Part shown: positions 26,901 through 42,065 of the stretch, in pieces
Position numbering within the stretch: position 1 is the first letter of the stretch
Layout of the letters: every line of letters starts with the position of its first letter
Assembly: GCF_009914755.1 (NCBI RefSeq)
Contig: NC_060938.1
Origin: the human T2T-CHM13v2.0 reference genome, Homo sapiens
Reading direction: 5' to 3' (one strand)
Length of the DNA: 64,000 nt
Program-made: the position numbers and the translations under genes
The notes under the pieces: generated by a model
The model's database searches: none
What the model was told of the DNA's origin: nothing
What the model saw: the letters and a program-made list of their open reading frames with translations, nothing else

Positions 26901-27080
26901 GGGAAAACAGCCCCTTAAACATGGAGTGTGAAGCTCCACTGCTATCATCTGCCACTTGTGGGGGCCTGGAGGTGCACAGGGGTGACAGAGTTAATGCCTG
27001 CTAAATGCCAATCAGAGAAGGCACTGATAGGCAGGGACCCATGCAAAAGCCACGCAAAGCAGGCCCTGCTGGCCTCTTAC

Positions 27081-27197
27081 CTGGGGTTGGTGAGGTTGTA
27101 GCAGGATTTCCATATCTGCAGCATGTGCTTACAAGTCAGCAGTGCCTCGTCCGGGCCTCGGCAGAGTGACTGCAACTTCACTTTGGAAAACAGTAGT
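27081..27197 (-). CDS. TTC7B: TTC7B internal coding exon, 117 nt: (I)LLFSKVKLQSLCRGPDEALLTCKHMLQIWKSCYNLTNP(S)
   Basis: ccccactgcag|ACTACTG...CCCCAG|gtaaga; phase 2 to 2; seen in ORF 27077..27334. Confidence 0.95.
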
Positions 27198-28072
27198 CTG
27201 CAGTGGGGAGACAAAGGGAGAAAACACCACGGCTCAAGCCACAGAGTCCCCATCCCAGCAAGACAAGTGGTGGGCTTAGACCCAGAAGCAGCTGTACTCA
27301 TTTCAGAAAGGGAACATCCACATGTGTGGTCCAAGGAAAGCGGGATTCCAGAACTCCTGGCTCAAGGTGTTGCTTTGCACAAGTCTCACCACTAACGCAA
27401 ATGCAAGCACGATGTGACTATTTGTGGTCAGGCTGAAAGCATTAGAGTGGCCAATTTTATTCAGAACACAGGGAATTTATTAAAAGCATGCTTTTTAGAA
27501 CCAAACCAATTTATTTGTGAAACCTCAAAAACTCATTAAAAGCGAACCTTGGTTTATTTACAGAATTACACAGGAGATTTGACTCAGTTGATATAAATAT
27601 CTACAGATAACCCTCCACAATGATGCTCACCGTCGTGTGAGCTTCGAAAGCCTGAACGGAAGTCCCATGAAGAAGGGCAGCCTCCGGCATAGGCCCTCAG
27701 CTCCTGTGTCTTCCCATTCCTGCTACTGAGGGCCTAGGGCTCGTTCCGCAATCACCTAGGTCTCTCTTCTGTATTTTTGTTACCATCAACTACTCCACCC
27801 TCCATCCAGACCTTCTGGGCACTAAGCTCAGAATGTTCTCTCTTTCGTGGCCCCACAGGGTAATGCCATTTCCAGATTCTACTTATGTTTCTCTGCCGAC
27901 ATCAGCCTAGGTACCTGTAGACATCAGCTCTCCTGGCCCCTGGACTTGTCACCACTATCCTAGTAAAAGTCCCAGTATGAGCCCAGCTTCCTTCCTGGTG
28001 TTCTTCCTGTCCCCTGACTTACCCGCTCTCACACATCTTATTATAAAGATCTCCAAAAATCATTCTTTTCCC

Positions 28073-28340
28073 CAAGACGGAGTCTTGCTCTGTCACCCAG
28101 GCTAGAGTGCAGTGGCACGGTCTTGGCTCACTGCAACCTCTACCTCCTAGGTTCAAGTGATTCTCCTGCCTCAGCCTCCTGAGTAGCTGGGATTACAGGC
28201 ATCCGCCACCACGTCCGGCTAATTTTTGTATTTTTAGTAGAGGTGGGGTTTCACCATGTTGGCTAGACTGGTCTTGAGCTCCTGACCTCGTGATCCTCCC
28301 AAAGTGCTGGGATTATAGGCATGAGCCACCGCTCCCAGCC
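28073..28340 (-). mobile_element. Alu (AluS-like), nearly tailless, TSD ccaaaaatcatt
   Basis: Reverse-complement Alu with a small left-arm deletion. Confidence 0.92.
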
Positions 28341-30218
28341 CCCAAAAATCATTTTTGTTCTCACCTCGAGAAACTACAATGATCCCTTACTTATACTGTC
28401 TGTAATAATAAGTCAAAATTCTGTATCTCATCGTTTAAGGCACTCCACCAACTAGCCACTCTTCTTTCACTGTCTCATCCGATTGGACCCTTTACTTCTG
28501 CCAATGTAATTCATAGGCCAAATGCTACTTTTCTGGCACAACTCTATGGCTACACATGCCACGTCCCCAACTTCAACTTCTACTCATGCACATCTTTCTT
28601 TAATTCTTCCCAAACCCAGCCAAAACCCCACTTAAATAAGTAAGTCTTCAAGTTTTAACCCCTTATCTTCTCTACTCAGTATGTGCCATATTAGCTGGCA
28701 TTTGTTGTTAATAATAAAAAGAAGAAAAAGAGAGGGAGGAGCTCCTGCTGACCGAAGGCATCCCACGTGCCAGGCCTTGTGTTTGGCACTTCACACGCTG
28801 TCAATGTCCTTGGAAGAAGCTGTCAAGGCAGGTGGTGTCTAACACTCTTCAACAGATATGGAAACTGAAGCTCTGGTGCCCTTTGGTTGTTTTCTGGATG
28901 TGATTTTCTTCCTGAGGACAAGAGCCCTGACATCTCTCTCTGCCTCTCTGTAGCCTCACCTCCAGTTCCAAGAATTGTGCTCTGAGTTTGATGGGCCTTA
29001 AATCAGCATTTACTCACTGACTACTTTTTCTATAAAGCAAGGCATTTTAGAGATTTCAGCTGGACATCCAGGAGAATTCCTTCACCCTGCATGATGTGAT
29101 GTCCTCATTCAAAGGTACCTTAGAGGAGGAAAGTCTCTTTTTCATGTGTGAGAGGTGGAATGAAAGTGGTCCTAACCCATCACTGCCCAAGCTCAGGATG
29201 GGTTCACACCAAGCGCCCCCAGCGACCCCTCCAAATGGAACATAGGAAGTCCAGGGCGGTGCGGTGCTCCCAGTGGGGCCACGGCTGCAGCCTCCCCATG
29301 CCTGGGCTTGCAGAAGCCTGGAATGATGGGACGAGGGCCAGGTAAAGGGAGGAATGTAGTCTCTGATCTACAAGCAGATGAGCATAAAGAGCGAGGCTAG
29401 ATGTGAGAATAGGGCTCAGCTTCTGCTCAAAAACATCCCAAGAAGCGGAAATGCTTTGGAAGCCTTACCAAGACTGCCTAAATGGGATGGCAGCCGCTCA
29501 GGGTGCCTCTGTGGGGATTAAAGACACCAGAAGCTGGCTCCTGCTGAAGCCTGCCCGAGTCCAGAACAAGATGGGAGTACTTTTCCACCAGAATCTCTCA
29601 CCAAACAGGGGTCAACTGGGAGAGTTGACAAAGGAAGGAGAAGCTGCCAAACAGGTCACCATTGGGTAGAGAGGGTGGTAAGGCATGATTGCCAAGCAAT
29701 TGCGGCAAGGGGAGGCCCCATGGAGGACTGTGGGGGGTCCAGGAAGCCGTGCACGTGCTGCACAGGCTGGAGCTCTCTGGGGGCCATGCCAAGAACTCCC
29801 CTCCAATGGCGCCTGCCCCCAGAGGAGGTGCCTGCCCCACAGCGGGCAGTGGGGTGCCTCTAATAGCAATGAACTGTGGTTCCTTTAACTGTACCCAAAG
29901 GACAGAATGCCAGAGTGCGTCTCTAAGCCTCAGCTTGGGGGAACAGTTTTGAGCAAGCCTTCTTGGCTGGAAAAAGAACTTCTAATTAACATAAAATAAC
30001 AGCTTTCAAACACTTGACTCAGGATATGGAATTGAAAAGGTGTGGGCTTGCATTTCAGAGAACCAGACAGGAAGAACAATGGTAGAGTGGCTGAGCACAA
30101 ACGATGGAAAAAAGCACTTGGAAGACCTCTCAAGAGGAACAGCATGAGAGAGGCTGGCAGAGAAAAGGAGCCAGGGACACAGCAGGGACAAAGAGGAAAG
30201 CCTGACAGCTGCTGCCTA

Positions 30219-30820
30219 GGTACGGCTGGGATGATGGGGCAGAGGCCACATGGGTTTGGCTGGGATGATGGGCAGAGGCCACACGGGTTCGGCTGGGACG
30301 ATAGGCAGAAGCCACATGGGTTCGGCTGGGACGATAGGCAGAGGCCACGTGGGTATGGCTGGGACGATGGGCAGAAGCCACGCAGGTAGGCCACGTGGGT
30401 ATAGCCAGAATGTTGAGCAGAGGCCACGGGGTACAGCCGGGACGACAGGCAGAGGCCACGCGGGTACAGCCGGGACGATGGGCAGAGGCCACGCGGGTAC
30501 GGCCGGGACGATGGGCAGAGGCCACGCGGGTACGGCCGGGACGATGGGCAGAGGCCACGTGGGTACAGCCGGGATGATGGGCAGAAGCCACGTGGGTACG
30601 GCCGGGACAAGTGGCAGAAGCCATGCGGGTATGGCTGGAATTATAGGCAGAAGCCACGTGGGTACGGCTGGGATGATGGGCAGAAGCCACGTGGGTACGG
30701 CTGGGACAAGTGGCAGAAGCCATGCGAGTATGGCCGGAATGATAGGCAGAAGCCACACAGGTTCAGCTGGGACAATGGGCAGAAGCCACACAATTGTAGG
30801 CAGTACAATGGGCAGAAACA
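30219..30820. repeat. 33-bp GC/CpG-rich minisatellite (VNTR), about 18 copies
   Basis: Unit GGGTACGGCCGGGACGATGGGCAGAGGCCACGY; explains the 11-aa periodic ORFs in several frames. Confidence 0.95.
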
Positions 30821-31268
30821 CCTGCCCTGCCCGTCGCCAACACTCCTTGGGATGCCCAAGGGAAAGCAGGAACAGAGCGTGCTGCCTTTCCATCATTTCC
30901 TCAAACCTCAGCTTGTTTACAAGATACAAAACAATACTGAAAACAAGCAGTGATGCTCGTCATCCTATTTGCTGAACCTGCTTACACACTTCAAGACTGT
31001 TCAAAAACATCTGGCTGGGTGTATGTTACATTAGCACAGAAACGAAGAGTACACAAACAATGATCAGCATTCATTTGCTACAGCTGATACCAAAAAGATA
31101 TAGATTCGATGTGCTGAGGAAACCCTGAGGCAAAAAGAAAATTATGGAAAAACTTGGGAAAAGTTAACATTTAATACATTTCAATATGTCTAACTGTCAA
31201 CACGATGAAGAGGGCAGAGGAGATGCAGGTGAGACTGTAAGCTAGCCACACAAAGTTCATGATTCTAA

Positions 31269-31570
31269 TTTTTTTTTTTTTTTTTTTGAGACAGAGTCCC
31301 ACTCTGTTGCCCAGGCTGGAGTGCGGTGGTGTGATCTTGGCTCACTGTCAACCTCCGCCTCCCAGGTTCAAGCAATTCTCCTGCCTCAGCCTCCCAAATA
31401 GCTGGGACCACAGGTGCATGCCACCACACTTGGCCAATTTTTGTATTTTTAGTAAAGACAGGGTTTCACCATGTTGGGCAGGCTGGCCTTGAACTCCTGA
31501 CCTCAAGTGATCTACCTGCCTCGGCCTCCTGAAGTGCTGGGATTACAGGCATGAGCCACCGTGCCCAGCC
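31269..31570 (-). mobile_element. Alu (AluS/J-like)
   Basis: Poly(T) followed by reverse Alu. Confidence 0.94.
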
Positions 31571-31600
31571 ATGAATCTAATTTAAAAAATTTATATATTA

Positions 31601-31885
31601 GCCAGGCATGGTGGCTTAAGCCTGTAATCCCAGCACTTTGGGAGCTGAGGTGGGTAGATCGCTTGAGCTCACAAGTTCAAGACCAGCCTGGGCAACATGG
31701 TGAAACCCTGTCTCTACAAAAAAATATAAAAATTAACCAGTTGTGGTAGCATGCACCTGTAATCCCAGCTACTCGGGAGGCTGAGGTGGAAGGATTGCTT
31801 GAGTCCTAGAGGTCAAGGCTGCAGTGAGCTGAGATCATGCCACTACACCACTCTAGCCTGGGTGAAAGAGTGAGACCCTGCCCCC
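31601..31885 (+). mobile_element. Alu (AluJ-like)
   Basis: gatcgcttgagctc, aggtcaaggctgcagtgagc. Confidence 0.92.
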
Positions 31886-32890
31886 ACTTCCCCCCAAAAG
31901 AATTATTTTGTTCACAGACTCATTAAAAACTTACAGAAAATTAATGAAGAAAAGAAGAACCTTGCTAAAATACCAATCTAACTCCATTACTGATGACCCA
32001 AATCTAGCATTTCATACAATGCCTTTGCGGTCTGGCTCCTGTCCACCCACATGCTTAGCTACCAAAGGATTTGTCCATTGCCCATCACCTACGCCCCCAC
32101 TCGAGCCGTGGTCAGCTTCCCCCATGTGTCACTCTCCTCCATGACCCTGGGTGTTTGCACATGCTGTTCCCTCTGTTTGGAATATTCTTTCCATCCATTT
32201 CTGCCTTTTAAGCACCTACTCATCCTTCAAGATTCAGGTCAAATAGCAACTCCTCACTGAAGCCAGCCTTAAGTAATAGGAGTTAAACCTTCCAAATGGA
32301 AACATAATTATAAAAAACACGAGAGCTCACAACTGTGAAATCATAAGCTACAAGCCAGGAAACTTCTGCTTTGAAGACAAGCAAAATAATAACAATAATA
32401 ACAGCAGCTGCCAGACACTTTAAATATTTAATTCCAGATTCTTAACGACAACCCTGCAAATGAGGCTGAGTTAAGTAATTTGCCCAAATTAACACCACTA
32501 GTTATTGGTAGAATGGAAATGTAAACCCAAATCCATGTGAATAAGAAACAGAGAAGGATGATTGAAAATCCCACCATACTACTGGCACTAATGAAGATAG
32601 CGGCACTAAAGAAGATCCATTGCCAAATATTTAAAACTCCAAAATGTGCAAAGCTCTGTGCTGGCTATGTTTAATACAAAGTGGTATAAAATACAGTCCC
32701 TTGCTTACAAAAAATTTACAATCCAATTGGAGAAAAAGACTTGACCACTACTATTGGGCAGGATTTCTAGTTTTGGGCCAGATGATGGCCCTGAAACTTG
32801 AGTAGGGCTGCAGGTGAGCAGGCGTTTGGGCTACCAGGGTGTTGCTCCTGGGATCTTTCATATACAGTTCTTTAAAGAACAATCACATTT

Positions 32891-33349
<459 letters not shown>

Positions 33350-35091
33350 TCAAAGTTTTACTTTTCATTAAAACAAATAGAAATACTATTTTACTGTACT
33401 TCTGGAATATTTTAAGAATCTCAAGATAACTCTTGAAATAACAACTATGTTTGGATAGGGCAGGGCTTAGAAAGAAGACACAACTGCCCCTGGGGAAGCT
33501 CTGGGGCACGCGGCATTGTGACTGTCCAGTGTTCACCTCAGGAAATGAGTCAGAGCGGCACTTGTCAGGGCCATGCTCGGTGTCTCATGCCATTCCCCAG
33601 GAAGACTTCGCTGACTCGCTGGAAACTGCTCCCAACCACTGGACATGCACCTCTAGTACCTCACACCCTAGTTTAGTTTTAGCCTTGGCCCCACCCCAGT
33701 GAGTCCCAGACTTGGGCAGGGGCCAAAGATAGAGTGAAAAGGGCAGATATTTCTGAATTCTGAGCCGTCCGAAGAACTCTCGATGAAAATAAGTTAGAGA
33801 AGTTCAGAGAAATACTAAAGTAATAATTCCCTCCCATCTTCTGTGTCAGTATAAAAAATGTGCTGATTATATCAAGGAAGAAACACACATATTAATACAC
33901 AAAACCTTCACTAATTAGGTGATCCGTGAATGCTGCAGTCTTAGTAACTGCTTTAGAGGTAACATCACGGGAACCTTGAACATTTCGTATCTTGTGCTGA
34001 TCTGTGTTTGCGAGCTCCTGGGCTCTGCATGCCAGGGACCTGCTCTTTCTTTGTTTATCTACTGAATGCAGGCAGGAATGCAAAATGGCTGTGCAGAAAA
34101 GCATGCGGGATCTGCCCAAGCGGGGCAGCGGCTGAGGGGGCCCTGGATACCTTCCCCATCTCTTGCTGCCTCCTGTCCAGATCGGGGGAGCTGGAGTGAG
34201 GCTGGCTGTCAAATATCCGAAGGAAAGTGAGCATCTGTCACCAGGTAAGAGAAATAATGGATCAGGCTGAAGGGGGCAGGGGGCAAGTATGTTGAAATTT
34301 TAACTTGAGAAGGCTGTTTGGCAACTGGCCAATCAGAATGGTAAGAGAAGTCAAAAGAGATGTGCCAGTAGCATGTCGTGACCGGGAGAAGGCAGATGGG
34401 AATGTGAAACCAGAGAACTCGGCTGGGAACAGAGAGTCTGAGATCAGCCCAGTGCTGCCCAAGGAGAGGGATGTCATCGAATCCATCGACCCAGGCCCTC
34501 AGCAGGGAGGAGGGATTCCTTTCAGGTTCCCATGTGGCTGGAAGGAAACTGATCGCAATTCATTTTCACCACCATTTCTGAGGGCCCACCGTATGCTGCT
34601 CTTGGAGCCACTGCTCTCCTGGCTGGGTTTCCAAAGCACCCCAATCTCAGAAGGTGTTATATCTCTGCAAACAGCAGCCTCTGGTCCCAGGCTGAGTCAC
34701 TGTCACTGAAAATCAATACCGTCACTGGCCCGACCTCCGCCAGGTGAGCCTATGATGCTGGGATGACAGCTGTGCACGTCCTGGAGCTGGGAGGCCTCAA
34801 ATCACCCCGAGGCCCCTCTGGCAACAGCTGGAAGGGATGAGAAAGGATGGAACAGGTCATGTGACCATTCCCACTAGATACCAAATACTGCATGGGGCCT
34901 CCCAAAATGCACATCCTCAATAATGTCACGTGAATAATCGAATTCCTCAACGGTTACACAGGAAATAAACAATTCTTAGATCATCTGGCTTACCCAATTG
35001 CTGCATTGATGTGCTATTCATTGGGGTTCATTAGAAAACATATAGATGTTTCCAATTAACCCAAAGCTGGAAAAGGCCTTGAGGTCAAATA

Positions 35092-35268
35092 ATACTTTGC
35101 TACTCAGAGTGTGTCCAGGGCAGGCAGCCTCAGAATCCCCTGGGAGCTTGCAAGAAATAGAAGAATCTCCAGGTTCTCCACTCACCTTAGACTTACTGAG
35201 TCAGAATCTGCATGTAACCAGATCACAAGGGGATTCATGCGCAAATTTAACGTCAAGAAGCACCGCTC
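35092..35268. mobile_element. MER5-like MITE
   Basis: gctactcagagtgtg...cctgggagcttg...cttactgagtcagaatctgcat...agaagcac. Confidence 0.65.
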
Positions 35269-36130
35269 TCATTCATAACTCTCCATCCTAACCTGCCATG
35301 GTCTGATTTTAAAAAGAAAAAAGACTTCCCAGGGAAGAGTTCTCACAGTCCCTGCACTTAGGAAATTCTGTGCTCATTTCATTCCAATAAGAACTGGGGG
35401 AGCATGTCTTGGAAGACATTTTTCAGGATGTATTTTGTTCTTAAATTCAGTGAGAATTCTGAACAACCATTTACATTAAGCCCCCAAAGGAAGGCCACCC
35501 CTGCCCGTGTCTTGAACAGAATGCTTCCTTCCTTCTGAAGGGATCCCCTGGATCACATTCTGAAGGTGCTCTAGCCCTGCCCGGGTCCTCCACACATCTC
35601 CAGTGAAGGAGCTGGGGAGTCCACAATGTACCCACTGAGGGGGTACCATTCATACTGTCACCCCCATAAAGGGCACCTGCTTGAGTCTGCAGAGCACTGA
35701 GTAACCATCCCTCTCCCATTGTGGGTTCCCCAGGGGCTGAGAACTCAAATGTCTTCCAAAACAGGCAAGTGCGATGACCAGAAGTTCAGCAAATTCAAAC
35801 TTTTTTGAAACGTGCACTGGCCTGACACAACCCTGCTAGCAGATGCCAGCTTATGGGCTGCCAGCTGGAAACCGTGTCTATATGCTTTTCATCCATCAAA
35901 CCTGAGTACCTGGTTTCTGTTACAAAACCCCAACCACATGCCAGCCCCGGTCAGTCCAGTCTGCCAACAGAACCAGTGACGGGGGGTTTAAAGAGCATGG
36001 ATGACTCCTCTCCTAAGCGCGTCTTCTCTAGGAATGAAGCCCTGGCAAATCACTGGCCTGGGGAGCTTTTTGGCAAACTTCTGTCTGGGAGTTATTTAAC
36101 CACCAAGGAAGTTCTAGAAACTTAACCACT

Positions 36131-36441
<311 letters not shown>

Positions 36442-39400
36442 TGAACACATTTAATGTCTCCAGCTGCTGGAGAAGGGGTCGCAGCACACAAGGCTGGCAC
36501 ATCCGGGACACTCACAGGGCGTTCCTGCCACTCCAGTCTCACCCATCAGTGTGAGCGCAAGGCTGCATCATCCTAACCTAGACTCCCAGATCCACTGTCC
36601 TGGAAAAATCCAGGCCACATCTATTTAGCAAAATGAAGTTTCTCAGGGCCAAAGTATGATGAGGAGATACCTCGTTCTTCAGAACTTAGCAGCCCTTATC
36701 TCAGCTGGGAGGCTGTGGTGAGTGGCAGCGCTAGGGCCTGGGCCGTGGCCGTCCCGGGTGGTTTGGCTGCGCCTCTTGGTGTCCTAATCCTCCCTCTTCT
36801 TTATGACAGGCAGGAGCTCCTGTTAGAGCTCATATCAGTTACATTTTGCTTCTCATTTCAGTCAAAGTGTCAACAATCTGGAATACTCCCCCATCCTTCT
36901 AGCGGTATTTTTAGCACGAACAAACAACTGACATAGTTAGCTGGAATAAATCACCTCAAGAAACCCCAGTTTGGCTCATTTTTTGCTCCCACGTCAGCTA
37001 TTAATCTCCACTCAGATTGGCATCCAGGAGCCGGCACCTAAGCTGGAGATGACCTGGTCAGGTGCAACTGAAAACACCTCTTGAACCTTACTGCCCGTGT
37101 TCCAAAGACCTCTCCAGTTCCTGTGAGTGACATTATAATGAAGGGAGCCATTTCATATAATGCCATCCGTGAAGCCAGAGAGTCTACACAGCCAGGGCTA
37201 TTCCCGAAGGCTACCTGAGCGCATGGTGTTAGGGCTGGGGGCCTGCAAAGCAAGTGAGGGGCCCAAAACCCGCCCCCAGATTTGGAAAATGAATTGAACA
37301 AGTGCCTTTGGAACAGGAAGTGTCAAATAGCCATCTGCTAAGTACATACGTGAACAGGACATGTTTGAAAGCAAGTCTTCCTGTCAGACTACTCTGGCTC
37401 CTAAAATAAATACACTGTTCTCTCTGAACTGTGAAGCTTTTTGGTAATTTCTGACATTTGGGAAGCAAGTCCCGGGCCTCTTCTGTTCTGCCACCCTTCC
37501 TCTCCTAGAGGACCTTCTCTCTGGAGGATCTCTCGGTCTTTATTTCTGGCTGAGCCCCCAAGGCCCTGATTTCTCCACATGCCCCAGTTTGAGGAGGGGA
37601 GCACAGTGAAGAAATGAGACATTGGGACCCAGTTCAGCAGACAACGGCAGATGCCAGAAGAATGGGAATCCCACCACCTAGACCTAGAAGGGGAAGGGCC
37701 TGGGCCACAGTGTGATATGGACTTGATCCATGAAGCTCTGTGATATAGAAATGGCGCCTTCTGCACAGTCAGGAGGGAACTAGGAAGGAAGGGGCCTGGC
37801 AGGGCACTGGGAAGCTCAAGCGGCTCTCCAGGACCAGAGGTGGATGATGTGTCTCTCTGGGCTCCAGGGCCACATGGGACCGCGCATCCTTGCATCAATC
37901 AGCTGCTCCTGTGAATCCTGGCCTGTTTTACATTTCCTGCCTTCTCTGCCTTCATTTCCTGTGTGTTTCCATGAGGGGCTGTTTGGTTTCGCATGGCTTG
38001 ATTCCACTGTGCCAAGGGACACTGAAGGCAGCACTTTTGTCCATGCCTGGCCTAGAGCTCAGAAACAGACAGCCCTCCTCCCTGAAGGTGAGTGATTCTT
38101 CGGAGGCATAGCACGCTCCAGCGTGATTCTGCCTCCACATCTCACTGTGTGCTGCGTGAAGACTGGGATGGTGCCATCTCCGGCCTTGGCCCTCCTGAGC
38201 CTGGCACCATGCCTGGCTGAAAGCAGGCGCTCTCTACCCATGAACTGGGGGAGGTGTTCAAAGGACAGTGAATCTGATCATCTGAAGGTGGCTTATCAAT
38301 TCTCCCCAGTTGTTTTCAGCTCAGGATCCCCACAAGAATACTTATAGGATAAATTTGGAGATTCTCTCATTTCTCTTCCCTGTTCTCAGGTTCCTTTTTT
38401 TTTTCTTTTTTTTTAAATAGTAAACTTTCCTTACTTTAAAATGCAACCATTACAAATGAACTAGAATTCAATTGTGTTTGGAATATCTGATTTTTTTTCA
38501 CAGCTGGCTGGGTAACCAGCAAGCACCTTATACCGCCCATTTGCAGAAAGTATGGCCATCATTTTATCAGACAGTGAAACTTGGCAGAGTAGAAATCAAA
38601 ATGGATAACAGATGAAACACAGGCAGACACAAGCTTAGCTATGAACAAAGAGCTACCAGGCTACTCTGCACGGACAAAGTTTCAAGCATGCATTGCACAG
38701 ACAGGTATTAATGTTTGTAGCAGGCAGCCCGGGGCCAGGTGCTGGGGAGCCAGAGGTTTCCAGGAAACACCTGCAAGAAGTCTCAAGAGGACACTCCCAT
38801 ACTCTGAATTGTTGAATGAGATATGGGGAGAACTTGGAGATCTTGGAAAGAAAAGCACAAAAATAAATAAACCTTCTGGATGCCATGACTCGCGGGGAGT
38901 GGCTTTGGTGTGGGCCTCACCATGGTGCCCCTCCTGGCCCAGCCTCGCCTCTCCCAGCTGCTCGGCTTTCTGAGCCCCCGGCGGTCAGCCAGTGCTCTCT
39001 CCTGTGGCTGACAGGGAGGCTGGGATGCCCTGAAGGCTGGTTCTCCAGCATCTTTGGAAAAAAAACTAGAAAAGGGAACTTCCCTGGAAAGGAAGCAGAA
39101 TATCCCATGAGGATTTAAACTGGGGGACACCAGTCATATGCAAGCCTAGTACTGGTTGTGAAAATGGGGGGAGGGGTTTGGGCCAGCACCACTCCTAATC
39201 TCAGGACATGGCTGTCTCCAACCCCGGAGAAAGGAGGATCCTCTCATAAACAAACGTGGCTTCAAATACATTTTCCTGCCATTTCCCCTCTTCCAGTTCT
39301 TCTACTTTTGCCTCATAAACCAAATCTTCAGTTTCCAGACAATTTTTCATTGTATTTGGGGGATTTTGTCCCTCTTGACAAGCATCTATGTTTAGTGAAG

Positions 39401-39854
39401 GCAACAGCACAGAGCCAAAGCCTCACAGAAAGAGGACATCCATGCGCGTGGGGTGCTGGGAGGCTGCTTCCGTGGCTCAGCAAGTCCATCCCAGAAGAAC
39501 ATTGGCTCCGTGATGCAGAGCCGGAGAATCTCAAGAGCAGAAGGGTCCCTTGTCATCTACGAATGCTGGAAACCCTCCTGCAGCCACACATGTTAACAAA
39601 GGGAGCTCAGAAAGTTTTGTTTCTTTAAAATGTAGTAAAATATACGTAACACAAAATTTGCTAATGAGCTATTTTTAAGCGTACAGTTTAGTGGCATTGT
39701 GTACATTCACACTGTTGTGCAACCATCACCAGCCTCCATTTCCAGTACTCTATTCGTGTTGCAAAACTGAAACCGCACCCACTGAACAATAGCTTCCCAT
39801 TCCCCCTCCCAGCCCTGGCAACCACCATTCTACTTTCTGTCTCTATGAGTTTGA

Positions 39855-40285
<431 letters not shown>

Positions 40286-40548
40286 ATGTCCTTCCTTCTT
40301 AAGGCTGAATAAAATATTCCATTATATGTGTAAACCTCATTTTGTTTAACCATTCATTCATTGATAGGCACTTGGCTTGTTCCCACCTTTTGGCTATTGA
40401 GAATTATGCTGCTGTGAACACGGGTGTATAGATCTGTTCAAGTCCCTGTTTTCAATTCTTTTGGGCAGACACCCAGAAGTGGGACTGCTGGATCACATGA
40501 TAATTCTATTTTTAATGTTTTGAGGAACCACCATACTGTTTTCCATAG

Positions 40549-40857
<309 letters not shown>

Positions 40858-41811
40858 TGAGTCTGCACCATTTTATATTCCCACTAGCAATGCACAAGGG
40901 TTCCTATTTCTCTACATCCTTGTCAACACTTGTGACTTTGTTTTTTTGATAAAATCCATCCTACTGGGTATGAAGTGGTATCTCATTGTGGTTTTGATTT
41001 GCATTTCCCTAATGGTTAGTGATGTAGAGACTCTTTTCATGTGCTTATTGGCTATTTGTATATCTTCTTTGGAGAAACATCTATGCAACTCCTTTCCTTT
41101 GCCCATTTCCTAAAGGGGATGGGGTTTTGTTTCGTTTTGTTAGGGTTGTGGAAAGTTGATTTTAAATAAGCTACTGCACCACTAAGTCCCACTCCATTGT
41201 GACCCCTGTTGTCTTCCAGGCTGCCACCAACTCGCCTGTGTCCAAAGGCCTCCCTCCCTACTGGTATCCCTGGGGTGGTTACTGTGTGCTCACTCCTTCC
41301 AGACATCCTTCAGGTATCAGTGGATCATTTCTCTAGTTTAATGAGATGAACAGCCTCTTTCCTTGTGGTCTAACTTCTTATCAAATGCTAATTTAGTGGG
41401 CATGTTCATTGCTTCATCACTCAGCTCAGGCAAAAAATTTGCCCACAACCCCTGGTCAATTTAAATCACCAAAATTGTTTTAATCACTAAATCAAAACAT
41501 TATTCAATATGATGTTTCAACTTAAACTGAACTTCTCTGAGAGTATGTGTGTGTGTGCCCGAGTGAAAAAGAAACATTAGTCTCACTTGCCAAGTAATGA
41601 TTTAAAAAAAAATTATATGTATACTCCACTCAAGTAAAGAATGATTATAACTATGTTTCCTAGTTTTTTGATTCCAGGTTAACAGGGGAGATAGCATAAA
41701 ACTCCTGCTCATCTGGGTTATAAGCTCTAATGGAGCAGAAACTGACTTGTTCACAGCAGTAATCCCCAACATCTAGCATGGCCCCTGGCATGTGGTAGAA
41801 ACTCAATGCTT

Positions 41812-42065
41812 CAAAGTCAGTTCGTGGTTACGAGCACAGATGGCGAGGCCAGATTGCCTGGGTTGAAATCATGGCTCTGCCTTTTTCCAGGTGTATAATC
41901 TTGGACAAATTACTTAAATTCTCTGTGCCTCAGTTTCCTTATCTACAAAATGAAAATAATAACAAAACTACCCACCATAGATAGTTCTTGCAAGGATTAG
42001 TTAAAAATGTGTAAAGTGCTATTAAGAGTGCCTGTCACAATGCGGGGTATAAACATTAGTGGTTA
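41812..42065 (+). mobile_element. MIR
   Basis: ttggacaaattacttaaattctctgtgcctcagtttccttatctacaaaatg core. Confidence 0.8.

Noticed and set aside
30219-30820. CRISPR-like array
   Set aside because: Head-to-tail units with no unique spacers, no cas genes, and a human intron context.
29930-30975. Overlapping 200-240 aa ORFs on both strands
   Set aside because: Products of a stop-poor 33-bp VNTR (11-aa periodicity in every frame); no splice or protein-family support.
40912-41106. ORF with L1 ORF2 similarity
   Set aside because: Short dead fragment of an old L1, not an intact gene.
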